From contig CACKXG010000002.1 in assembly GCA_902604035.1 (NCBI GenBank), positions 2,281-66,280 on the forward strand: DNA of 64,000 bases. Reading direction: 5' to 3'. The position numbers were made by a program, and so were the translations under genes. The notes under the pieces were generated by a model. It worked only from the letters and a program-made list of their open reading frames with translations, did no database searches and was not told where the DNA came from. The stretch comes from an uncultured Pelagibacteraceae bacterium (GTDB taxonomy: Bacteria; Pseudomonadota; Alphaproteobacteria; Pelagibacterales; Pelagibacteraceae). This document shows, piece after piece, positions 27,648 through 40,226 of this stretch; position 1 is the first letter of the stretch; every line of letters starts with the position of its first letter.

Positions 27648-28487
27648 ATGGCATTAAAAACTTTTAAACCATACACAAAATCTACAAGAGGCACTATTTT
27701 AGTTGATAGAACTGGCTTATGGAAAGGTAAACCATTTAAGACCTTAGTTTCACCTAAAAGTGCGATGAAGGGTAGAAATAATAACGGTCATATTACCTCT
27801 ATTAATAGAGCTGGTGGACATAAAAAAATGTATAGACATGTAGATTTTCATAGAAAAAAATTCGACATGGAAGCCACAGTTGAAAGAATTGAATATGATC
27901 CTAATAGATCATGCTACATTATGTTAGTTAAATTTGGGGATGGTACTCACTCATATTTCTTAGCACCACAAAAAATTAAAGTTGGAGATAAAGTTGAAAG
28001 TGGTTCTAAAAAAGAAATTAAAGTAGGAAATTGTATGCCATTGCAAGACATTCCAGTGGGTATAAATATACATAATGTCGAGATACAGCCAGGTGGTGGT
28101 GGAAAAATTGCTAGAGCAGCTGGTTCATCTGTTACTATTAGTGGTTTAGATGGAAACTATAGTTTAATAAAATTAGCCTCAGGTGAAGTGAGAAAAATTG
28201 ATTCAAGAGCTTTAGCTACAATTGGAATTTTAAGTAATCCAGATCAAAAAAATATCAAAATTGGAAAAGCAGGTAGATCAAGGTGGTTGGGTAGAAGACC
28301 TCATACTAGAGGTGTTGTTAAAAACCCAGTTGATCACCCACATGGAGGTGGTGAAGGAAAATCTGCTGGAGGAAGACATCCAGTTTCACCTACAGGACAG
28401 TCTGCCAAAGGTTTAAAAACTAGAGATAATAAGAGAACAGATAAATTTATAGTTAAGAGAAGAAATAAGAGGAAGGATACTAAGTAA
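27648..28487 (+). CDS. rplB: 50S ribosomal protein L2
   Basis: EYDPNRS and [12 protein letters not shown] motifs. Confidence 0.99.
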   Translation: MALKTFKPYTKSTRGTILVDRTGLWKGKPFKTLVSPKSAMKGRNNNGHITSINRAGGHKKMYRHVDFHRKKFDMEATVERIEYDPNRSCYIMLVKFGDGTHSYFLAPQKIKVGDKVESGSKKEIKVGNCMPLQDIPVGINIHNVEIQPGGGGKIARAAGSSVTISGLDGNYSLIKLASGEVRKIDSRALATIGILSNPDQKNIKIGKAGRSRWLGRRPHTRGVVKNPVDHPHGGGEGKSAGGRHPVSPTGQSAKGLKTRDNKRTDKFIVKRRNKRKDTK

Positions 28488-28783
28488 TGGCTAGAGCAGT
28501 TTGGAAAGGACCGTTTGTAGAAGAAAGCTTAATGAAGAAAGTGAATAAATATAAAGACGATCCAAAAAAAATTCCAATTAAAACTTGGTCAAGAAAATCT
28601 ACAATTTTACCAGATTTTGTAGGAGTCAGTTTCCAAATTTATAATGGCAAAAAATTTATACCAATAACTGTTTCAGAGGATATGGTTGGACATAAACTAG
28701 GTGAGTTTGCACCAACTAGAACGTTTTTTGGTCATACACCAGCTGACAAAAAAGCTAAACCAGCAACAGCAGAGAAGAAATAA
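28487..28783 (+). CDS. rpsS: 30S ribosomal protein S19
   Basis: [13 protein letters not shown] motif. Confidence 0.98.
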   Translation: MARAVWKGPFVEESLMKKVNKYKDDPKKIPIKTWSRKSTILPDFVGVSFQIYNGKKFIPITVSEDMVGHKLGEFAPTRTFFGHTPADKKAKPATAEKK

Positions 28784-28785
28784 TT

Positions 28786-29184
28786 ATGAGTAAAAAAAAG
28801 AAAATTGATAAAACTAAAGACAAAACAGTTAAGTCTATTAACAACGGTATTAGATCAAGTGTCAGAAAGCTAAATCCAATACTAAAAAGCATCGTTGGCA
28901 AAAAAGTTGATGTTGCAATTAGAGATTTACAGTTTTCAGAAAAAAGAGTTACTAGAGATGTTAGAAAAACAATTAGCTCTGCAGTTGCCAATGCTGAAAA
29001 TAATTTTCAATACGATATTGATAAATTAATAGTGAAAGAGGCATATTGTGGAAAAAAAATAGTTATGAAAAGATTTAGACCAAGAGCAAAAGGAAGAGCG
29101 GCACCAATACTAAAACCTTGGTCAACTGTTACTATAATTTTATCAGAAGCAAAACAAATGGAGAAACATGGGACAAAAAGTTAA
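28786..29184 (+). CDS. rplV: 50S ribosomal protein L22
   Basis: SAVANAENN and RPRAKGRA motifs. Confidence 0.98.
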   Translation: MSKKKKIDKTKDKTVKSINNGIRSSVRKLNPILKSIVGKKVDVAIRDLQFSEKRVTRDVRKTISSAVANAENNFQYDIDKLIVKEAYCGKKIVMKRFRPRAKGRAAPILKPWSTVTIILSEAKQMEKHGTKS

Positions 29185-29848
29185 TCCGGTAGGTTTTAGA
29201 TTAGGTGTCAACAGAGGATGGGACTCTGTATGGTATGCTAAGAAAAAAGATTTTGGAAATTATTTAATCGAAGATTTTAAAATAAGAGAATATATTAAGA
29301 AAAACGTAATAAATTCAGGTGTATCTAAGGTAATGATCGAAAGAACGTCTAATAAGTGTTATGTCACAATTTATACTTCTAGACCAGGCTTCGTGATTGG
29401 TAAAAAAGGAAGTGATATAGATAAAATTAAAAATAATCTCTCAAAATTAACTTCAAATGAAGTAAATCTAAACATAAAAGAGGTAAAAAAACCTGAGACA
29501 AATGCTTATTTGGTAGCAGAAAATATTGCACAACAGCTTGTTAAAAGAATTTCTTACAGAAGAGCCATGAAAAGAGCAATGCAATCATGTATTAGACTTG
29601 GAGCAAAAGGAATAAAAGTTTCTGTGAGTGGAAGACTTGGTGGAAATGAAATAGCTAGAACCGAGTGGTTAAGAGATGGAAGCATTCCATCGCATACTTT
29701 AAGAGCTGATATTGATTATGCTGAAGCAGAAGCTCTTACAACATATGGAATTATTGGAATTAAAGTTTGGATTTATAAAGGTGAAGTTTTTGCTAGAGAA
29801 TTTAGTCAAGAGACCAACAAGGTAACACCAAAGGAAGGTAAACAATAA
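29168..29848 (+). CDS. rpsC: 30S ribosomal protein S3
   Basis: [13 protein letters not shown] and [10 protein letters not shown] motifs. Confidence 0.99.
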   Translation: MGQKVNPVGFRLGVNRGWDSVWYAKKKDFGNYLIEDFKIREYIKKNVINSGVSKVMIERTSNKCYVTIYTSRPGFVIGKKGSDIDKIKNNLSKLTSNEVNLNIKEVKKPETNAYLVAENIAQQLVKRISYRRAMKRAMQSCIRLGAKGIKVSVSGRLGGNEIARTEWLRDGSIPSHTLRADIDYAEAEALTTYGIIGIKVWIYKGEVFAREFSQETNKVTPKEGKQ

Positions 29849-30258
29849 TGCTTCAACCAGTAAGAACTAAATGGAGAAAAGCTCATAAAGGTAGAATTCA
29901 TGGTAATGCTACAAGAGCAAGTACTATTAATTATGGTGCTTACGCATTAAAGGCTTTACAGCCTGAAAGAGTTACTGGAAAACAGATTGAAGCTGCAAGA
30001 GTTGCTTTAACAAGACATATGAAAAGACAAGGAAGAGTTTGGACAAGAATATTTCCAAACATACCAGTTTCAAAAAAACCAATTGAAGTCAGAATGGGTA
30101 AAGGAAAGGGTTCACCTGAGTACTTTGCATGCAGAGTAAAACCAGGAAGAATATTATTTGAAGTTGATGGTGTTTCAGAACAAATTGCAAAAGAAGCTTT
30201 ATACAAAGCATCAGCAAAATTACCTATTAAGACTAAAACAATTAAGAGATTTGCATAA
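29848..30258 (+). CDS. rplP: 50S ribosomal protein L16
   Basis: RMGKGKG motif. Confidence 0.98.
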   Translation: MLQPVRTKWRKAHKGRIHGNATRASTINYGAYALKALQPERVTGKQIEAARVALTRHMKRQGRVWTRIFPNIPVSKKPIEVRMGKGKGSPEYFACRVKPGRILFEVDGVSEQIAKEALYKASAKLPIKTKTIKRFA

Positions 30259-30449
30259 TGAAAAAACAAGAAATTAAAAAATTATCAAAGGACGAAATTG
30301 TGAAGAATATTGATAAACTTAAAAAAGATCTTTTTAATTTCAGATTTCAAAAAATGAATTCACAAGTAACAAACCCAGCTAAAATTGGGGAAACTAGAAA
30401 AACAATAGCAAGATTAAAAACAATTTTAAAAGGAAAAGCAAATGCCTAA
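30258..30449 (+). CDS. rpmC: 50S ribosomal protein L29
   Basis: LFNFRFQ...RKTIARLKT; operon position. Confidence 0.96.
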   Translation: MKKQEIKKLSKDEIVKNIDKLKKDLFNFRFQKMNSQVTNPAKIGETRKTIARLKTILKGKANA

Positions 30450-30678
30450 AAAAATACTTACAGGAGTAGTCATAAGCGATAAACCAAATAAAACAGTTAC
30501 TGTTATGGTAGAACGTAAATATTCTCACCCAGTTCTTAAAAAAGTAATCAGAGTTAGAAAAAACTATAATGCTCACGATGAAAATAATAAGTTCAAAACT
30601 GGTGACAAAGTTTCAATTATTGAGAGCAAACCTTTTTCTAAAAATAAAAAATTTCAAGTTATGGAGAGTTCAAAGTAA
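30442..30678 (+). CDS. rpsQ: 30S ribosomal protein S17
   Basis: GVVISDK and AHDENN motifs. Confidence 0.97.
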   Translation: MPKKILTGVVISDKPNKTVTVMVERKYSHPVLKKVIRVRKNYNAHDENNKFKTGDKVSIIESKPFSKNKKFQVMESSK

Positions 30679-31046
30679 TGATTGGTGTTCAAACAGAATT
30701 ACAAGTAGCTGATAATACAGGTGCAAAAAGAATTGAGTGCATTAAAGTTCTAGGTGGATCAAAAAGAAGATACGCTAGTATTGGTGATACAATTGTAATT
30801 GCAGTTAAAGAGGCGATACCTAAAGGGAAAGTTAAAAAAGGATCTGTCCATAAAGCTGTAGTTGTAAGAGTTAAAAAGGGAATTCATAGAAATGATGGCT
30901 CTAAAGTAAGATTTGATAATAATGCTGCTGTGTTAGTTGATGACAAAGGGGAGCCAGTAGGAACAAGAATTTTTGGTCCAGTTACAAGGGAACTAAGAAG
31001 CAGAGGTCAAATGAAAATAATTTCATTGGCACCGGAGGTTTTATAA
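30678..31046 (+). CDS. rplN: 50S ribosomal protein L14
   Basis: VADNTGA and GTRIFGPV motifs. Confidence 0.99.
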   Translation: MIGVQTELQVADNTGAKRIECIKVLGGSKRRYASIGDTIVIAVKEAIPKGKVKKGSVHKAVVVRVKKGIHRNDGSKVRFDNNAAVLVDDKGEPVGTRIFGPVTRELRSRGQMKIISLAPEVL

Positions 31047-31291
31047 TGATTAAAAAAGGTTTGAAAGTAAGAGTTTTAGCTGGCAAAGATAAAAAAAAAG
31101 AAGGTGAAGTTATTGAAATAGATAGAGCCAATAACAGAGCTAAAGTTAAAGAAATTAACATGGTTAAACGACACGTAAAAACAACAAAAGAGAAAAAAGG
31201 TGGAATTTTTCCTAAAGAAAGCTTTATTCATATTTCTAACTTAAAACTAATTGATGAAAAAGCATCAAAGAAAAAAGAGGCTAAAAAATAA
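31046..31291 (+). CDS. rplX: 50S ribosomal protein L24 (short form)
   Basis: KOW motif AGKDK and IHISN; operon position. Confidence 0.95.
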   Translation: MIKKGLKVRVLAGKDKKKEGEVIEIDRANNRAKVKEINMVKRHVKTTKEKKGGIFPKESFIHISNLKLIDEKASKKKEAKK

Positions 31292-31845
31292 TGACACCAA
31301 GATTAAAAGAAATATTCAATAAAGAAATTCAGCCCGCATTAAAAGATCAGTTTGGTTTTAAAAATATTTATATGGCTCCAAGAATTGAGAAAGTTGTTTT
31401 AAATATGGGTCTTGGTTTAGATGCTACAGATTCTAAGATTTTAAAATCATGTGAAGAAGATATGGCTAAAATTTCTGGACAAAAACCAGTAACAACAAAA
31501 TTTAAAAAATCAGTAGCTAATTTTAAAACAAGAAAAGGATCAAACGCTGGTTTAAAAGTAACTTTAAGAAAAAATAGAATGTATGAATTTTTAGATAGAT
31601 TAGTGAATATTGCATTACCTAGAATTAAAGATTTTAGAGGTTTGTCACCAAAAGGCTTTGATAAATTTGGTAATTATACGTTTGGTATTAAAGAGCATAT
31701 AATTTTTCCAGAAGTAAGCTTTGATAGAGCAGACAAAGTTAGAGGTTTAGATATAATAATAGTTATAAAAGCAATCAACAAAGAGCATAGTTTTGCTTTA
31801 CTAGAAAAAATGAATTTTCCATTTATTAAAAAAGGAGATAATTAA
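31291..31845 (+). CDS. rplE: 50S ribosomal protein L5
   Basis: ALPRIKDFRG motif. Confidence 0.98.
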   Translation: MTPRLKEIFNKEIQPALKDQFGFKNIYMAPRIEKVVLNMGLGLDATDSKILKSCEEDMAKISGQKPVTTKFKKSVANFKTRKGSNAGLKVTLRKNRMYEFLDRLVNIALPRIKDFRGLSPKGFDKFGNYTFGIKEHIIFPEVSFDRADKVRGLDIIIVIKAINKEHSFALLEKMNFPFIKKGDN

Positions 31846-31847
31846 AC

Positions 31848-32153
31848 ATGGCAAAGTTAAGCGCTGTTAATAAAAATAAAAAAAGAATTAAGCTTTCAGA
31901 AAGGCTTTATAAAAAAAGACAAGCATTAAAGAAGATTGTAATGGATAAAAAGATTCCACTAGAAGAAAGATTTAAAGCACAACAGAAATTATCTAAACTG
32001 CCAAGAAACTCGGCTAAAACAAGAGTTATGAATAGATGTGAGATTACTGGAAGACCTCATGGTGTTTACAGAAAATTAAAGATTTCAAGAATTGCTTTAA
32101 GACAATTAGGATTACAAGGAAAGATACCTGGTTTAGTTAAATCTAGCTGGTAG
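31848..32153 (+). CDS. rpsN: 30S ribosomal protein S14 (long, Zn-independent type)
   Basis: NRCEITGRP and IPGLVKSSW; 101 aa without paired CxxC. Confidence 0.98.
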   Translation: MAKLSAVNKNKKRIKLSERLYKKRQALKKIVMDKKIPLEERFKAQQKLSKLPRNSAKTRVMNRCEITGRPHGVYRKLKISRIALRQLGLQGKIPGLVKSSW

Positions 32154-32164
32154 AAAGGAAAATT

Positions 32165-32560
32165 ATGAGTTTAAGTGACCCGATAGGAGATATGATTGCA
32201 AGAGTGAAGAATGCTCAAGCCAGAAATCATAAAAAAGTTGAATTACCTTCATCAAATTTTAAAACAAAAATTGCAGATATACTTAAAAATGAAGGTTTTA
32301 TAAAAGATTTTAAAGTAAGTTCTGAGGAGAAAAAACCAATTTTATCATTAGAGCTTAAGTACCATTCAGGTAATCCAGTAATTAGTGCTTTTGAAAGAGT
32401 GTCAAAACCTGGAAGAAGAATTTTTTCATCTGCTGATAGCTTACCTAAAATAAATAATGGTTTAGGAATTGCTATTGTTTCAACTCCAAAAGGAGTAATG
32501 ACAGACATAGATGCAAGAAAACAAAAAGTTGGTGGCGAAATAATTTGTAAGGTATTTTAA
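32165..32560 (+). CDS. rpsH: 30S ribosomal protein S8
   Basis: DPIGDM and SKPGRR motifs. Confidence 0.98.
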   Translation: MSLSDPIGDMIARVKNAQARNHKKVELPSSNFKTKIADILKNEGFIKDFKVSSEEKKPILSLELKYHSGNPVISAFERVSKPGRRIFSSADSLPKINNGLGIAIVSTPKGVMTDIDARKQKVGGEIICKVF

Positions 32561-33099
32561 TGTCTAAAATAGGAAAAATTAACATATCAATCCCTGAAAA
32601 AGTAAAAGTTGCTTTAGCTGGAAATATTATAAATATAGAAGGACCTCTAGGGAAAAAATCAATCAATGTTGATCTAGATATGTTTAATTTAGATATAATT
32701 GAGGGTAAAGAAATTTCTATTAAACCAAAAAAAGTAGATCAAAACTCAAAAAGACTTTGGGGAATGAATAGAAGTTTAATCAATAATGCTGTTATTGGAT
32801 CCAGCACAGGTTATGAAAAAACCTTAGAATTAGTTGGTGTTGGTTATAGAGCAGCGTTAAAAGGAAATCAGTTAAACTTACAATTGGGTTATAGTCATGA
32901 TATCAATTTTGACATACCAGAAGGCATTAAAATTGCCGTAGAAAAACAAACAACATTAAAAATTACAGGCTCTGACAAGCAACTAGTTGGTGAAGTTGCT
33001 TCTAAAATCAAAACATTAAGAAAAATCGAGCCATATAAAGGAAAAGGTGTTCGAGAAAAAGGACAGTATGTTCTTAAAAAAGAGGGTAAGAAAAAGTAA
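32560..33099 (+). CDS. rplF: 50S ribosomal protein L6
   Basis: GVGYRA and EPYKGKG motifs. Confidence 0.98.
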   Translation: MSKIGKINISIPEKVKVALAGNIINIEGPLGKKSINVDLDMFNLDIIEGKEISIKPKKVDQNSKRLWGMNRSLINNAVIGSSTGYEKTLELVGVGYRAALKGNQLNLQLGYSHDINFDIPEGIKIAVEKQTTLKITGSDKQLVGEVASKIKTLRKIEPYKGKGVREKGQYVLKKEGKKK

Positions 33100-33455
33100 T
33101 GAAATTAAACACTAGTATAAGAAAAAGATTTAGAGTTAGTAATAAAGTTAAAAAAGTTGCTCCAAAAGATAGATTTAGATTAAGTATCTCTAGATCATCA
33201 AAAAATATTTCAGCTCAAATAATTGATGATACAAAAAAAGTAACCTTGTTATCAGCTTCATCTATAGAAAAAGACCTTAGATCAGCAGACAAAGTTAATA
33301 AAACTGAGCTATCTAAATTGGTTGCTCAAAAATTAGCTAAAAAAGCTCAAGAGAAAAAAATTACTAAAATTTACTTTGATAGAGGTTCTTATAAATATCA
33401 CGGTAGAATTAAAGTTTTTGCAGAAACTCTAAGAGAAAACGGGATGGAATTTTAA
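33099..33455 (+). CDS. rplR: 50S ribosomal protein L18
   Basis: [11 protein letters not shown] motif. Confidence 0.98.
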   Translation: MKLNTSIRKRFRVSNKVKKVAPKDRFRLSISRSSKNISAQIIDDTKKVTLLSASSIEKDLRSADKVNKTELSKLVAQKLAKKAQEKKITKIYFDRGSYKYHGRIKVFAETLRENGMEF

Positions 33456-33457
33456 TT

Positions 33458-33973
33458 ATGGAAAATATAAAAGATAAAAAAACCGACGATATATTAGAAA
33501 AATTAGTTCACATAAATCGTATTACTAAAGTTGTTAAGGGTGGAAGAAGATTTGGATTTTCAGCGCTCGTAGTTGTTGGAAATCAAGCAGGTAAAATCGG
33601 TATAGCTCACGCAAAAGCAAAACAAGTACCTGATGCTATAAAAAAAGCGAATGAGATGGCTAGAAGAAAACTTACTCATATACCATTAAGAGAAGGCAGA
33701 ACAATACATCATGACGTTAAGGCTAAAGATGGCTCGGGTAGAATAGTGCTAAGAGCAGCTTCCAAGGGAACAGGTATTATTGCAGGTGGTCCAGTTAGGG
33801 CAGTATGTGAAGTTTTAGGCGTAAAAGATATTGTTGCAAAATCTATGGGAACTTCTAATGCGCATAATGTTATTAGAGCTACAATGAAAGCATTAATGAA
33901 ACAAAGCTCACCAAAACAAATATCGGCAATTAGAAATAAAAAAATTTCTGAAATAATCGAAAAAAGAGGATAA
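33458..33973 (+). CDS. rpsE: 30S ribosomal protein S5
   Basis: KVVKGGRRF and GTGIIAGG motifs. Confidence 0.98.
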   Translation: MENIKDKKTDDILEKLVHINRITKVVKGGRRFGFSALVVVGNQAGKIGIAHAKAKQVPDAIKKANEMARRKLTHIPLREGRTIHHDVKAKDGSGRIVLRAASKGTGIIAGGPVRAVCEVLGVKDIVAKSMGTSNAHNVIRATMKALMKQSSPKQISAIRNKKISEIIEKRG

Positions 33974-34425
33974 TGATTACTTTAAATAATAGAGAAAAAA
34001 TCAATAAATCTAAAATAAGAGTTGGAAGAGGAATTGGTTCGGGTAAAGGAAAAACATCAGGTAGAGGTGTTAAAGGTCAAAAATCTAGATCTGGTGTAGC
34101 TATAAAAAGTTTTGAAGGTGGTCAAATGCCTTTATACAGAAGACTTCCAAAAAGAGGTTTTAACCCAATATCGAAAGAGAGTATTGCAATTTTAAATCTA
34201 GATAAAATTCAATCTTACATAGACAAAAAAAATATTAATCCAAATGAAGTATTAAACTCAGAACTGTTAAAAAAGCTTAAATTAATAAATAAAAACTCAA
34301 AAAAATTAAAAATTTTAGGTTCTGGAGAAGTAAAAGATAAAATTAACATCGAAGCTGACCTAGCCTCTAAATCAGCAATAGAAAAACTAGAAAAAATTGG
34401 TGGATCTATTCAATTAAAAAAATAG
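33973..34425 (+). CDS. rplO: 50S ribosomal protein L15
   Basis: [11 protein letters not shown] and FEGGQMPL motifs. Confidence 0.98.
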   Translation: MITLNNREKINKSKIRVGRGIGSGKGKTSGRGVKGQKSRSGVAIKSFEGGQMPLYRRLPKRGFNPISKESIAILNLDKIQSYIDKKNINPNEVLNSELLKKLKLINKNSKKLKILGSGEVKDKINIEADLASKSAIEKLEKIGGSIQLKK

Positions 34426-34434
34426 TTTGTTTAT

Positions 34435-35715
34435 ATGAGTGCATCATCATCAACAAATGATTTAAGAAATAGAATTATATTTACTATTTTAATTTTAGCC
34501 GTTTATAGATTTGGAACTTTTGTTCCTTTACCAGGTATAGACCCAGAACAATTGAAAATAATGATGGAAGGTAATCAAAAAGGATTGTTAGGTATGTTTA
34601 ACGTTTTTGCCGGAGGTGCAGTAAGTAGAATGGCAATATTTGCATTAGGTATAATGCCTTACATTTCTTCAGCAATTATAGTTCAGCTTTTAACAGGAGT
34701 TTCTGACTATTTTAAAAATCTAAAAGCTCAAGGTGAGACAGGCAGAGCTAAAATTACACAAATTACTAGATATGGAACAGTATTGCTTGCAACAGTTCAA
34801 GGATATGGTTTATCTGTTGGTTTAGAGTCATCGGCTGACTTGGTAATTAATCCAGGGGCTTTCTTTAAAATAACTACTGTTACAACCATTGTTGCAGGAA
34901 CAATATTTTTAATGTGGTTGGGAGAACAAATCACCCAAAGAGGTATTGGTAACGGTATATCATTAATAATTTTTGCTGGTATTGTAGCAGAAATTCCAAG
35001 AGCTTTGGTTACAACTTTTGAATTAGGTAGAACGGGTGCGGTTTCAACATTTATGATCTTAGCTATATTTGTTCTATTAATAGTTACAATTCTTTTTGTA
35101 GTTTTTATGGAAAGAGCATTAAGAAAAATTCTTGTTAATTATCCTAAAAGACAAATGGGTAATAAAATGTATGGAGGAGAGTCATCACATTTACCTTTAA
35201 AAATAAATCAGGCCGGAGTAATTCCTGCAATTTTTGCTTCTGCACTGCTATTACTGCCAGTAACTTTTTCAAATTTTTCATTTTCTAACAATGAAACATT
35301 TTTAAACTTGAGCTCGTATTTTACTCAAGGGCAACCTCTTTATATGTTGCTATATGCATCAGGAATAATATTTTTCACTTTTTTTTATACTTCTATAACA
35401 TTTAATCCAATAGAAACTGCTGAGAATTTGAGAAAGTATGGAGGATTTGTACCTGGAATTAGACCAGGTGAAAGTACTGCGCTGTATATTGAAAATATTT
35501 TAACAAAACTAACTACGATCGGTGCTCTATATTTAACTCTAGTTTGTTTGATGCCAGAGTTTTTAATTGCAAACTATCCAATACCTTTTTATTTAGGCGG
35601 TGCATCTATATTAATCGTTGTTGTAGTAGCTATCGATACTGTAACACAAATACAAACAAGATTAATGAGTTCACAATACGAACAACTGATTAAAAAAACA
35701 AAATTTGGTAAGTAA
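34435..35715 (+). CDS. secY: Preprotein translocase SecY
   Basis: LGIMPYISS and GIGNGISL motifs; multiple TM helices. Confidence 0.99.
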   Translation: MSASSSTNDLRNRIIFTILILAVYRFGTFVPLPGIDPEQLKIMMEGNQKGLLGMFNVFAGGAVSRMAIFALGIMPYISSAIIVQLLTGVSDYFKNLKAQGETGRAKITQITRYGTVLLATVQGYGLSVGLESSADLVINPGAFFKITTVTTIVAGTIFLMWLGEQITQRGIGNGISLIIFAGIVAEIPRALVTTFELGRTGAVSTFMILAIFVLLIVTILFVVFMERALRKILVNYPKRQMGNKMYGGESSHLPLKINQAGVIPAIFASALLLLPVTFSNFSFSNNETFLNLSSYFTQGQPLYMLLYASGIIFFTFFYTSITFNPIETAENLRKYGGFVPGIRPGESTALYIENILTKLTTIGALYLTLVCLMPEFLIANYPIPFYLGGASILIVVVVAIDTVTQIQTRLMSSQYEQLIKKTKFGK

Positions 35716-36279
35716 GTGAATATAATTTTATTTGGACCGCCTGGTGCTGGAAAAGGTACTCAGTCTAAATATCTTGTAAACAAATTAAATGCTTTTCAAA
35801 TTTCAACAGGTGATCTTTTAAGAGAAGAAATCAGAAAAAATTCAGACATAGGTAAAGCAATAGCTAATGACATGGAGAATGGAAAATTTATAAGTGATGA
35901 AATTGTTAATAAACTTATAGAAAATTTAATATCTGATCCCCAAAAAAAAAATAAATTAATCTTTGATGGATATCCTCGATCATTAAGTCAGGCTAAAAAC
36001 TTAGAAGTGTTACTAAAAAATTCAAATCAGAGCATAGATTTAATTTTATTTCTAAACGTAGATAAAGAAACAATTGTCAAAAGGCTTGAAAAGAGAAAAA
36101 TTATAGAAAATAGGTCTGATGATGACACTCACACGATAATTTCAAGGTATGAGAAATACATGGAAACAACCCAACCAGTTCTAAATTTCTACTCTGAGAA
36201 TCCAAAATTTAAAGAGATTGATGGAAGCTTAGAAATTGAACAAATAACAAGGAAAATAGACGCTTTTCTCAATGTATAA
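35716..36279 (+). CDS. adk: Adenylate kinase (short LID type)
   Basis: GPPGAGKGT and DGYPR motifs; GTG start. Confidence 0.97.
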   Translation: MNIILFGPPGAGKGTQSKYLVNKLNAFQISTGDLLREEIRKNSDIGKAIANDMENGKFISDEIVNKLIENLISDPQKKNKLIFDGYPRSLSQAKNLEVLLKNSNQSIDLILFLNVDKETIVKRLEKRKIIENRSDDDTHTIISRYEKYMETTQPVLNFYSENPKFKEIDGSLEIEQITRKIDAFLNV

Positions 36280-36283
36280 GACG

Positions 36284-36311
36284 TTGACTTTGATTAATCT
36301 TCTTATATAAA
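36284..36311 (+). promoter_or_regulatory. sigma70 promoter of the alpha operon
   Basis: TTGACT at 36284-36289 and TATAAA at 36306-36311. Confidence 0.5.
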
Positions 36312-36335
36312 AGTGCACAATTTATCACGAAAATT

Positions 36336-36719
36336 ATGGCTCGTATCGCAGGTATAAACATTCCACAGAATAAACTTGTTCATATAGGTTTAACTTATAT
36401 TTATGGAATTGGTGATAAATTCTCTCAACAAATTTGTTCATCTTTAGAAATCCCAAGAGCTAAAAGGGTAAATGAATTAACAGATGAAGAGATTTTAAAA
36501 ATTAGAGAGTACATCGATCAAAACTTTAAAGTAGAAGGTGATTTAAGGAGAGATTATTCATTAAGTATTAAAAGATTAATTGATCTAGCTTGTTACAGAG
36601 GATCAAGACATAGAAAAAAATTACCTGTTAGAGGACAAAGAACTAGATGTAATGCTAGGACAAGAAAAGGAAAAGCAATCGCTATTGCTGGAAAAAAATT
36701 AACACCAACTAAAAAATAG
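36336..36719 (+). CDS. rpsM: 30S ribosomal protein S13
   Basis: MARIAG and LPVRGQRT motifs. Confidence 0.98.
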   Translation: MARIAGINIPQNKLVHIGLTYIYGIGDKFSQQICSSLEIPRAKRVNELTDEEILKIREYIDQNFKVEGDLRRDYSLSIKRLIDLACYRGSRHRKKLPVRGQRTRCNARTRKGKAIAIAGKKLTPTKK

Positions 36720-36721
36720 TT

Positions 36722-37171
36722 ATGGCTAAAACTGATAAGGTTGAAAATAAAGATCAGAAAGTAGAAAAATCTACTAAGAAAAGTGTAAAAAGTTCTTATT
36801 CAAAAAAAAAGAAAGTTAAGAAAAATATTTTAAATGGAATTGCTTATGTGCAATCAACATTTAATAATACTATCATCTCTATTGCTGATACAAATGGAAA
36901 TGTAATTTCTTGGGCATCTGCTGGACAAAAAGGATTTAAGGGATCAAGAAAATCAACTCCTTACGCTGCTCAGATAGCAGCTGACGCTGCAGCTTCGAAA
37001 GCTCTTGAGTATGGAATGAAGACTTTGTCCGTTGAAGTTAAAGGACCTGGATCAGGAAGAGAAACAGCCTTAAGAGCATTGCAAGCTAGAGGATTTAAGA
37101 TTTTGTCAATCAAAGACACTACGCCTATGCCTCATAATGGAACTAGACCACCAAAGAAAAGGAGAGTTTAA
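36722..37171 (+). CDS. rpsK: 30S ribosomal protein S11 with Lys-rich N-terminal extension
   Basis: STFNNT, KSTPYAA and PHNG motifs. Confidence 0.98.
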   Translation: MAKTDKVENKDQKVEKSTKKSVKSSYSKKKKVKKNILNGIAYVQSTFNNTIISIADTNGNVISWASAGQKGFKGSRKSTPYAAQIAADAAASKALEYGMKTLSVEVKGPGSGRETALRALQARGFKILSIKDTTPMPHNGTRPPKKRRV

Positions 37172-38199
37172 TGGAAGTCGAAAACGTTAATGTAAAAAAT
37201 TGGAAGTCATTAATTAAGCCATCTAAATTAGATGTTCAAATAAGCGATGACTTAACTCATGCAAAAATTGTAGCTGAGCCTTTAGAAAAAGGTTATGGAT
37301 TAACTTTAGGAAATTCTTTAAGAAGGATTTTGTTATCATCTATAAGAGGAGCTGCTGTAACATCAATTCAAATTGATGGTGTTTTACATGAATTCACTTC
37401 AATAAAAGGTGTTAGAGAAGACGTAACTGATATAGTTTTAAACGTAAAATCTTTAGCATTAAAAAGTAATTCTGAGGGTACAAAAAAATTAATTCTAGAC
37501 GCAAAAGGACCTGGAGAAATTAAAGCTTCAGATATAGCCCCTGTTGCAGATGTTGAGATTTTAAATCCTGATTTAGTTATTTGTAATCTAGATGAAAATA
37601 CTACTTTTCATATGGAGATGAATGTTAATACAGGTAAAGGATACGTTCCTGCAGAGCTAAATAAACCTGAAGAGCCACCATTAGGCCTTATTGCTATAGA
37701 CTCACTTTATAGTCCAGTTAAAAAAGTTTCATATTCAGTAAGCACTGCTAGAGAAGGTAAAGCATTAGATTATGATAAACTAATAATGGAAGTTGAAACT
37801 AATGGATCAATTTCTGCTGAAGATGCTGTAGCTTATTCAGCTAGAATTTTCCAAGATCAACTTAAAATGTTTGTAAACTTCGATGAGCCAGTTGAAGCTC
37901 CTGTAAAAGAAGTTTCTACTGAACCTGAATTTAACAAAAACTTACTAAGAAAAGTAGATGAGTTAGAGTTATCAGTTAGATCAATGAACTGCTTAAAAAA
38001 TGATAATATTATTTATATCGGTGACCTAGTTCAAAAATCAGAGGGCGAAATGTTAAGAACACCTAATTTTGGAAGAAAATCATTAAATGAAATTAAAGAA
38101 GTTTTAACAGGTATGTCACTATATTTAGGAATGGAAATTCCTAACTGGCCACCAGACAACATTGCAGAAATGTCTAAGAAATTGGAGGAAGCAATTTAA
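37171..38199 (+). CDS. rpoA: RNA polymerase alpha subunit
   Basis: [15 protein letters not shown] and NFGRKSL motifs. Confidence 0.99.
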   Translation: MEVENVNVKNWKSLIKPSKLDVQISDDLTHAKIVAEPLEKGYGLTLGNSLRRILLSSIRGAAVTSIQIDGVLHEFTSIKGVREDVTDIVLNVKSLALKSNSEGTKKLILDAKGPGEIKASDIAPVADVEILNPDLVICNLDENTTFHMEMNVNTGKGYVPAELNKPEEPPLGLIAIDSLYSPVKKVSYSVSTAREGKALDYDKLIMEVETNGSISAEDAVAYSARIFQDQLKMFVNFDEPVEAPVKEVSTEPEFNKNLLRKVDELELSVRSMNCLKNDNIIYIGDLVQKSEGEMLRTPNFGRKSLNEIKEVLTGMSLYLGMEIPNWPPDNIAEMSKKLEEAI

Positions 38200-38642
38200 T
38201 GAGACATGGTTTGGCAAATAAGAAGTTAAACAGAACTTCGGAGCACAGAAAAGCTCTACTTAAGAATATGCTTAATTCTTTAATTAAGTATGAGCAGATT
38301 AAAACTACTTTGCCAAAAGCAAAATTTTTAAAACCTCAAGCGGATAAAATAATAACATTAGGTAAAAAAGAAACTCTGCAGACAACTAAAATGTTAGTTT
38401 CTAAACTTCAAGACATTAAATCAGCTAACAAAGTTAAAAAAACACTTTCTAAAAGATATCAAGATAGAAAAGGTGGTTACACAAGAATAATTAAAGCTGG
38501 ATTTAGATATGGAGATAATGCTCCAATGGCAATAATCGAGTTTGTTGATAGAGACGTTGAAGCAAAGAGAGTTGATAAACCAAAAAAAGACACAACTAAA
38601 GAGTCTCCTAAAACCGAAGAGAAAAAACAAGCTACAGCTTAA
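38199..38642 (+). CDS. rplQ: 50S ribosomal protein L17
   Basis: MRH start; GGYTRI and GDNAPMA motifs. Confidence 0.98.
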   Translation: MRHGLANKKLNRTSEHRKALLKNMLNSLIKYEQIKTTLPKAKFLKPQADKIITLGKKETLQTTKMLVSKLQDIKSANKVKKTLSKRYQDRKGGYTRIIKAGFRYGDNAPMAIIEFVDRDVEAKRVDKPKKDTTKESPKTEEKKQATA

Positions 38643-38652
38643 ATCTTAAATC

Positions 38653-39570
38653 ATGAAGAAATCTTACATCGTTGATTCAACGTGTAATGATATGCGTTTG
38701 GACAGATGGTTAAGATTAAAAATTGGTAAAATTCCACAAGGCCTTGTTGAAAAATACTTAAGAACAGGAAAAATAAAACTCAATAGAAAAAAAGTTAAAA
38801 GCTCATTCAAAGTAAAAACTAAAGATGAAATAAATATATTTAACATTGAATTTAAAGAAACAATTCAACAAAAAAAAATTAAGTTTTTACCATCAAAAGA
38901 AATTATAAAATCAAATGAAGATCAAATTATTGACAATAATGATAATTTTGTAGTTTTAAATAAAGCATCAGGTATATCAGTACAAGGTGGAACTAAATCA
39001 AAAAAAAATCTAGTTGATATTTTTGCTAAAAGTGAAATTTTTGAAGGAACAAAACCATATTCTGTTCATAGATTAGATAAAGATACTTCTGGAGTTTTTA
39101 TAATAGCCAAAAATAGAGAGAGCGCTCAATTGCTTACTTCTTTATTTAGACTGAGAAAAGTGCACAAAACATATTTAGCGATTTGCCAAGGCGAAATTAA
39201 TAAAAAATCAGGTGTATGGGATGATGATTTAATTAGGTATGACGGCGATAAAAAAATAATTGAAAAAGCAAAAACAATTTTTACAGTTATTGATAAAAAT
39301 TCTGAAGCAAGTTTATTAGAATTAAAACCTATTACTGGACGAAAACATCAGTTAAGAAAACAATTATATGCAATTGGAAATCCTATATTTGGAGATACAA
39401 AATATAAATTATCAAATTCCAATAAAGGAATTAATAAAAATTTAATGTTACATTCATATCAAATTAAATTTAAAATTAATGACATAAAACATACTTATTC
39501 AGCATTGTTACCTGATTATTTTAAAAAACTTTTAAAATCTAAAAGACTTAGATTTTCAAATTTGAAATAA
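38653..39570 (+). CDS. rluC: RluA/RluC-family 23S rRNA pseudouridine synthase
   Basis: S4 domain RLD; HRLDKDTSG and TGRKHQLR motifs. Confidence 0.85.
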   Translation: MKKSYIVDSTCNDMRLDRWLRLKIGKIPQGLVEKYLRTGKIKLNRKKVKSSFKVKTKDEINIFNIEFKETIQQKKIKFLPSKEIIKSNEDQIIDNNDNFVVLNKASGISVQGGTKSKKNLVDIFAKSEIFEGTKPYSVHRLDKDTSGVFIIAKNRESAQLLTSLFRLRKVHKTYLAICQGEINKKSGVWDDDLIRYDGDKKIIEKAKTIFTVIDKNSEASLLELKPITGRKHQLRKQLYAIGNPIFGDTKYKLSNSNKGINKNLMLHSYQIKFKINDIKHTYSALLPDYFKKLLKSKRLRFSNLK

Positions 39571-40165
39571 AATTTTTAATTAATATATCACTTAGATTTG
39601 AGTAATCCTGATCTAAAATATTTTTTAAATTAGTTACTCCTTTATCTGAAATACCACATGGTATAATTTTTTTATAATTTTCTAGATCATTATTTATATT
39701 TATTGCAAAACCATGATAGGCAATCCATTTGCTAACTCTGATACCTATTGCAGCAATTTTTTTAACTTCATTATTATATTTATGCCATATACCGATATTA
39801 TCTTTATCTGGAAAAGTTTCTATTTTATAAAATTTTAAAGTTTGAATTATTGTTTTTTCAATAGTTGTTATAAATTTTCTGATATCTTTTTTTTTTCTCA
39901 AATCTAAAACAAAATAACAAATTAATTGACCTGGTCCATGGTAAGTAATTTTACCACCTCTATTCGTTTCTAATATTTTAATGGATTTATCAATAATCTC
40001 ATTCTCTTTATAAGAAGTTCCTGCTGTAAAAACTTCATTATGCTCTAAAGTCCAAATTAATTCTTGTTCATTATTTTCATATAAATCCTTTAATCTTGAC
40101 TCTAGTATATTAATAGCATCAAAATAATTTACTGGTTTTATTGACTTTTTGATCTCTATGTTCAT
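39548..40165 (-). CDS. lipB: Octanoyltransferase
   Basis: [18 protein letters not shown] and IPCG motifs. Confidence 0.95.
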   Translation of the reverse strand: MNIEIKKSIKPVNYFDAINILESRLKDLYENNEQELIWTLEHNEVFTAGTSYKENEIIDKSIKILETNRGGKITYHGPGQLICYFVLDLRKKKDIRKFITTIEKTIIQTLKFYKIETFPDKDNIGIWHKYNNEVKKIAAIGIRVSKWIAYHGFAININNDLENYKKIIPCGISDKGVTNLKNILDQDYSNLSDILIKNFISNLKI

Positions 40166-40226
40166 TTATAATTTGTATTATCTTTATTATGTATTAATAG
40201 TGCAAATCTAAATTATAGGTAGATTT

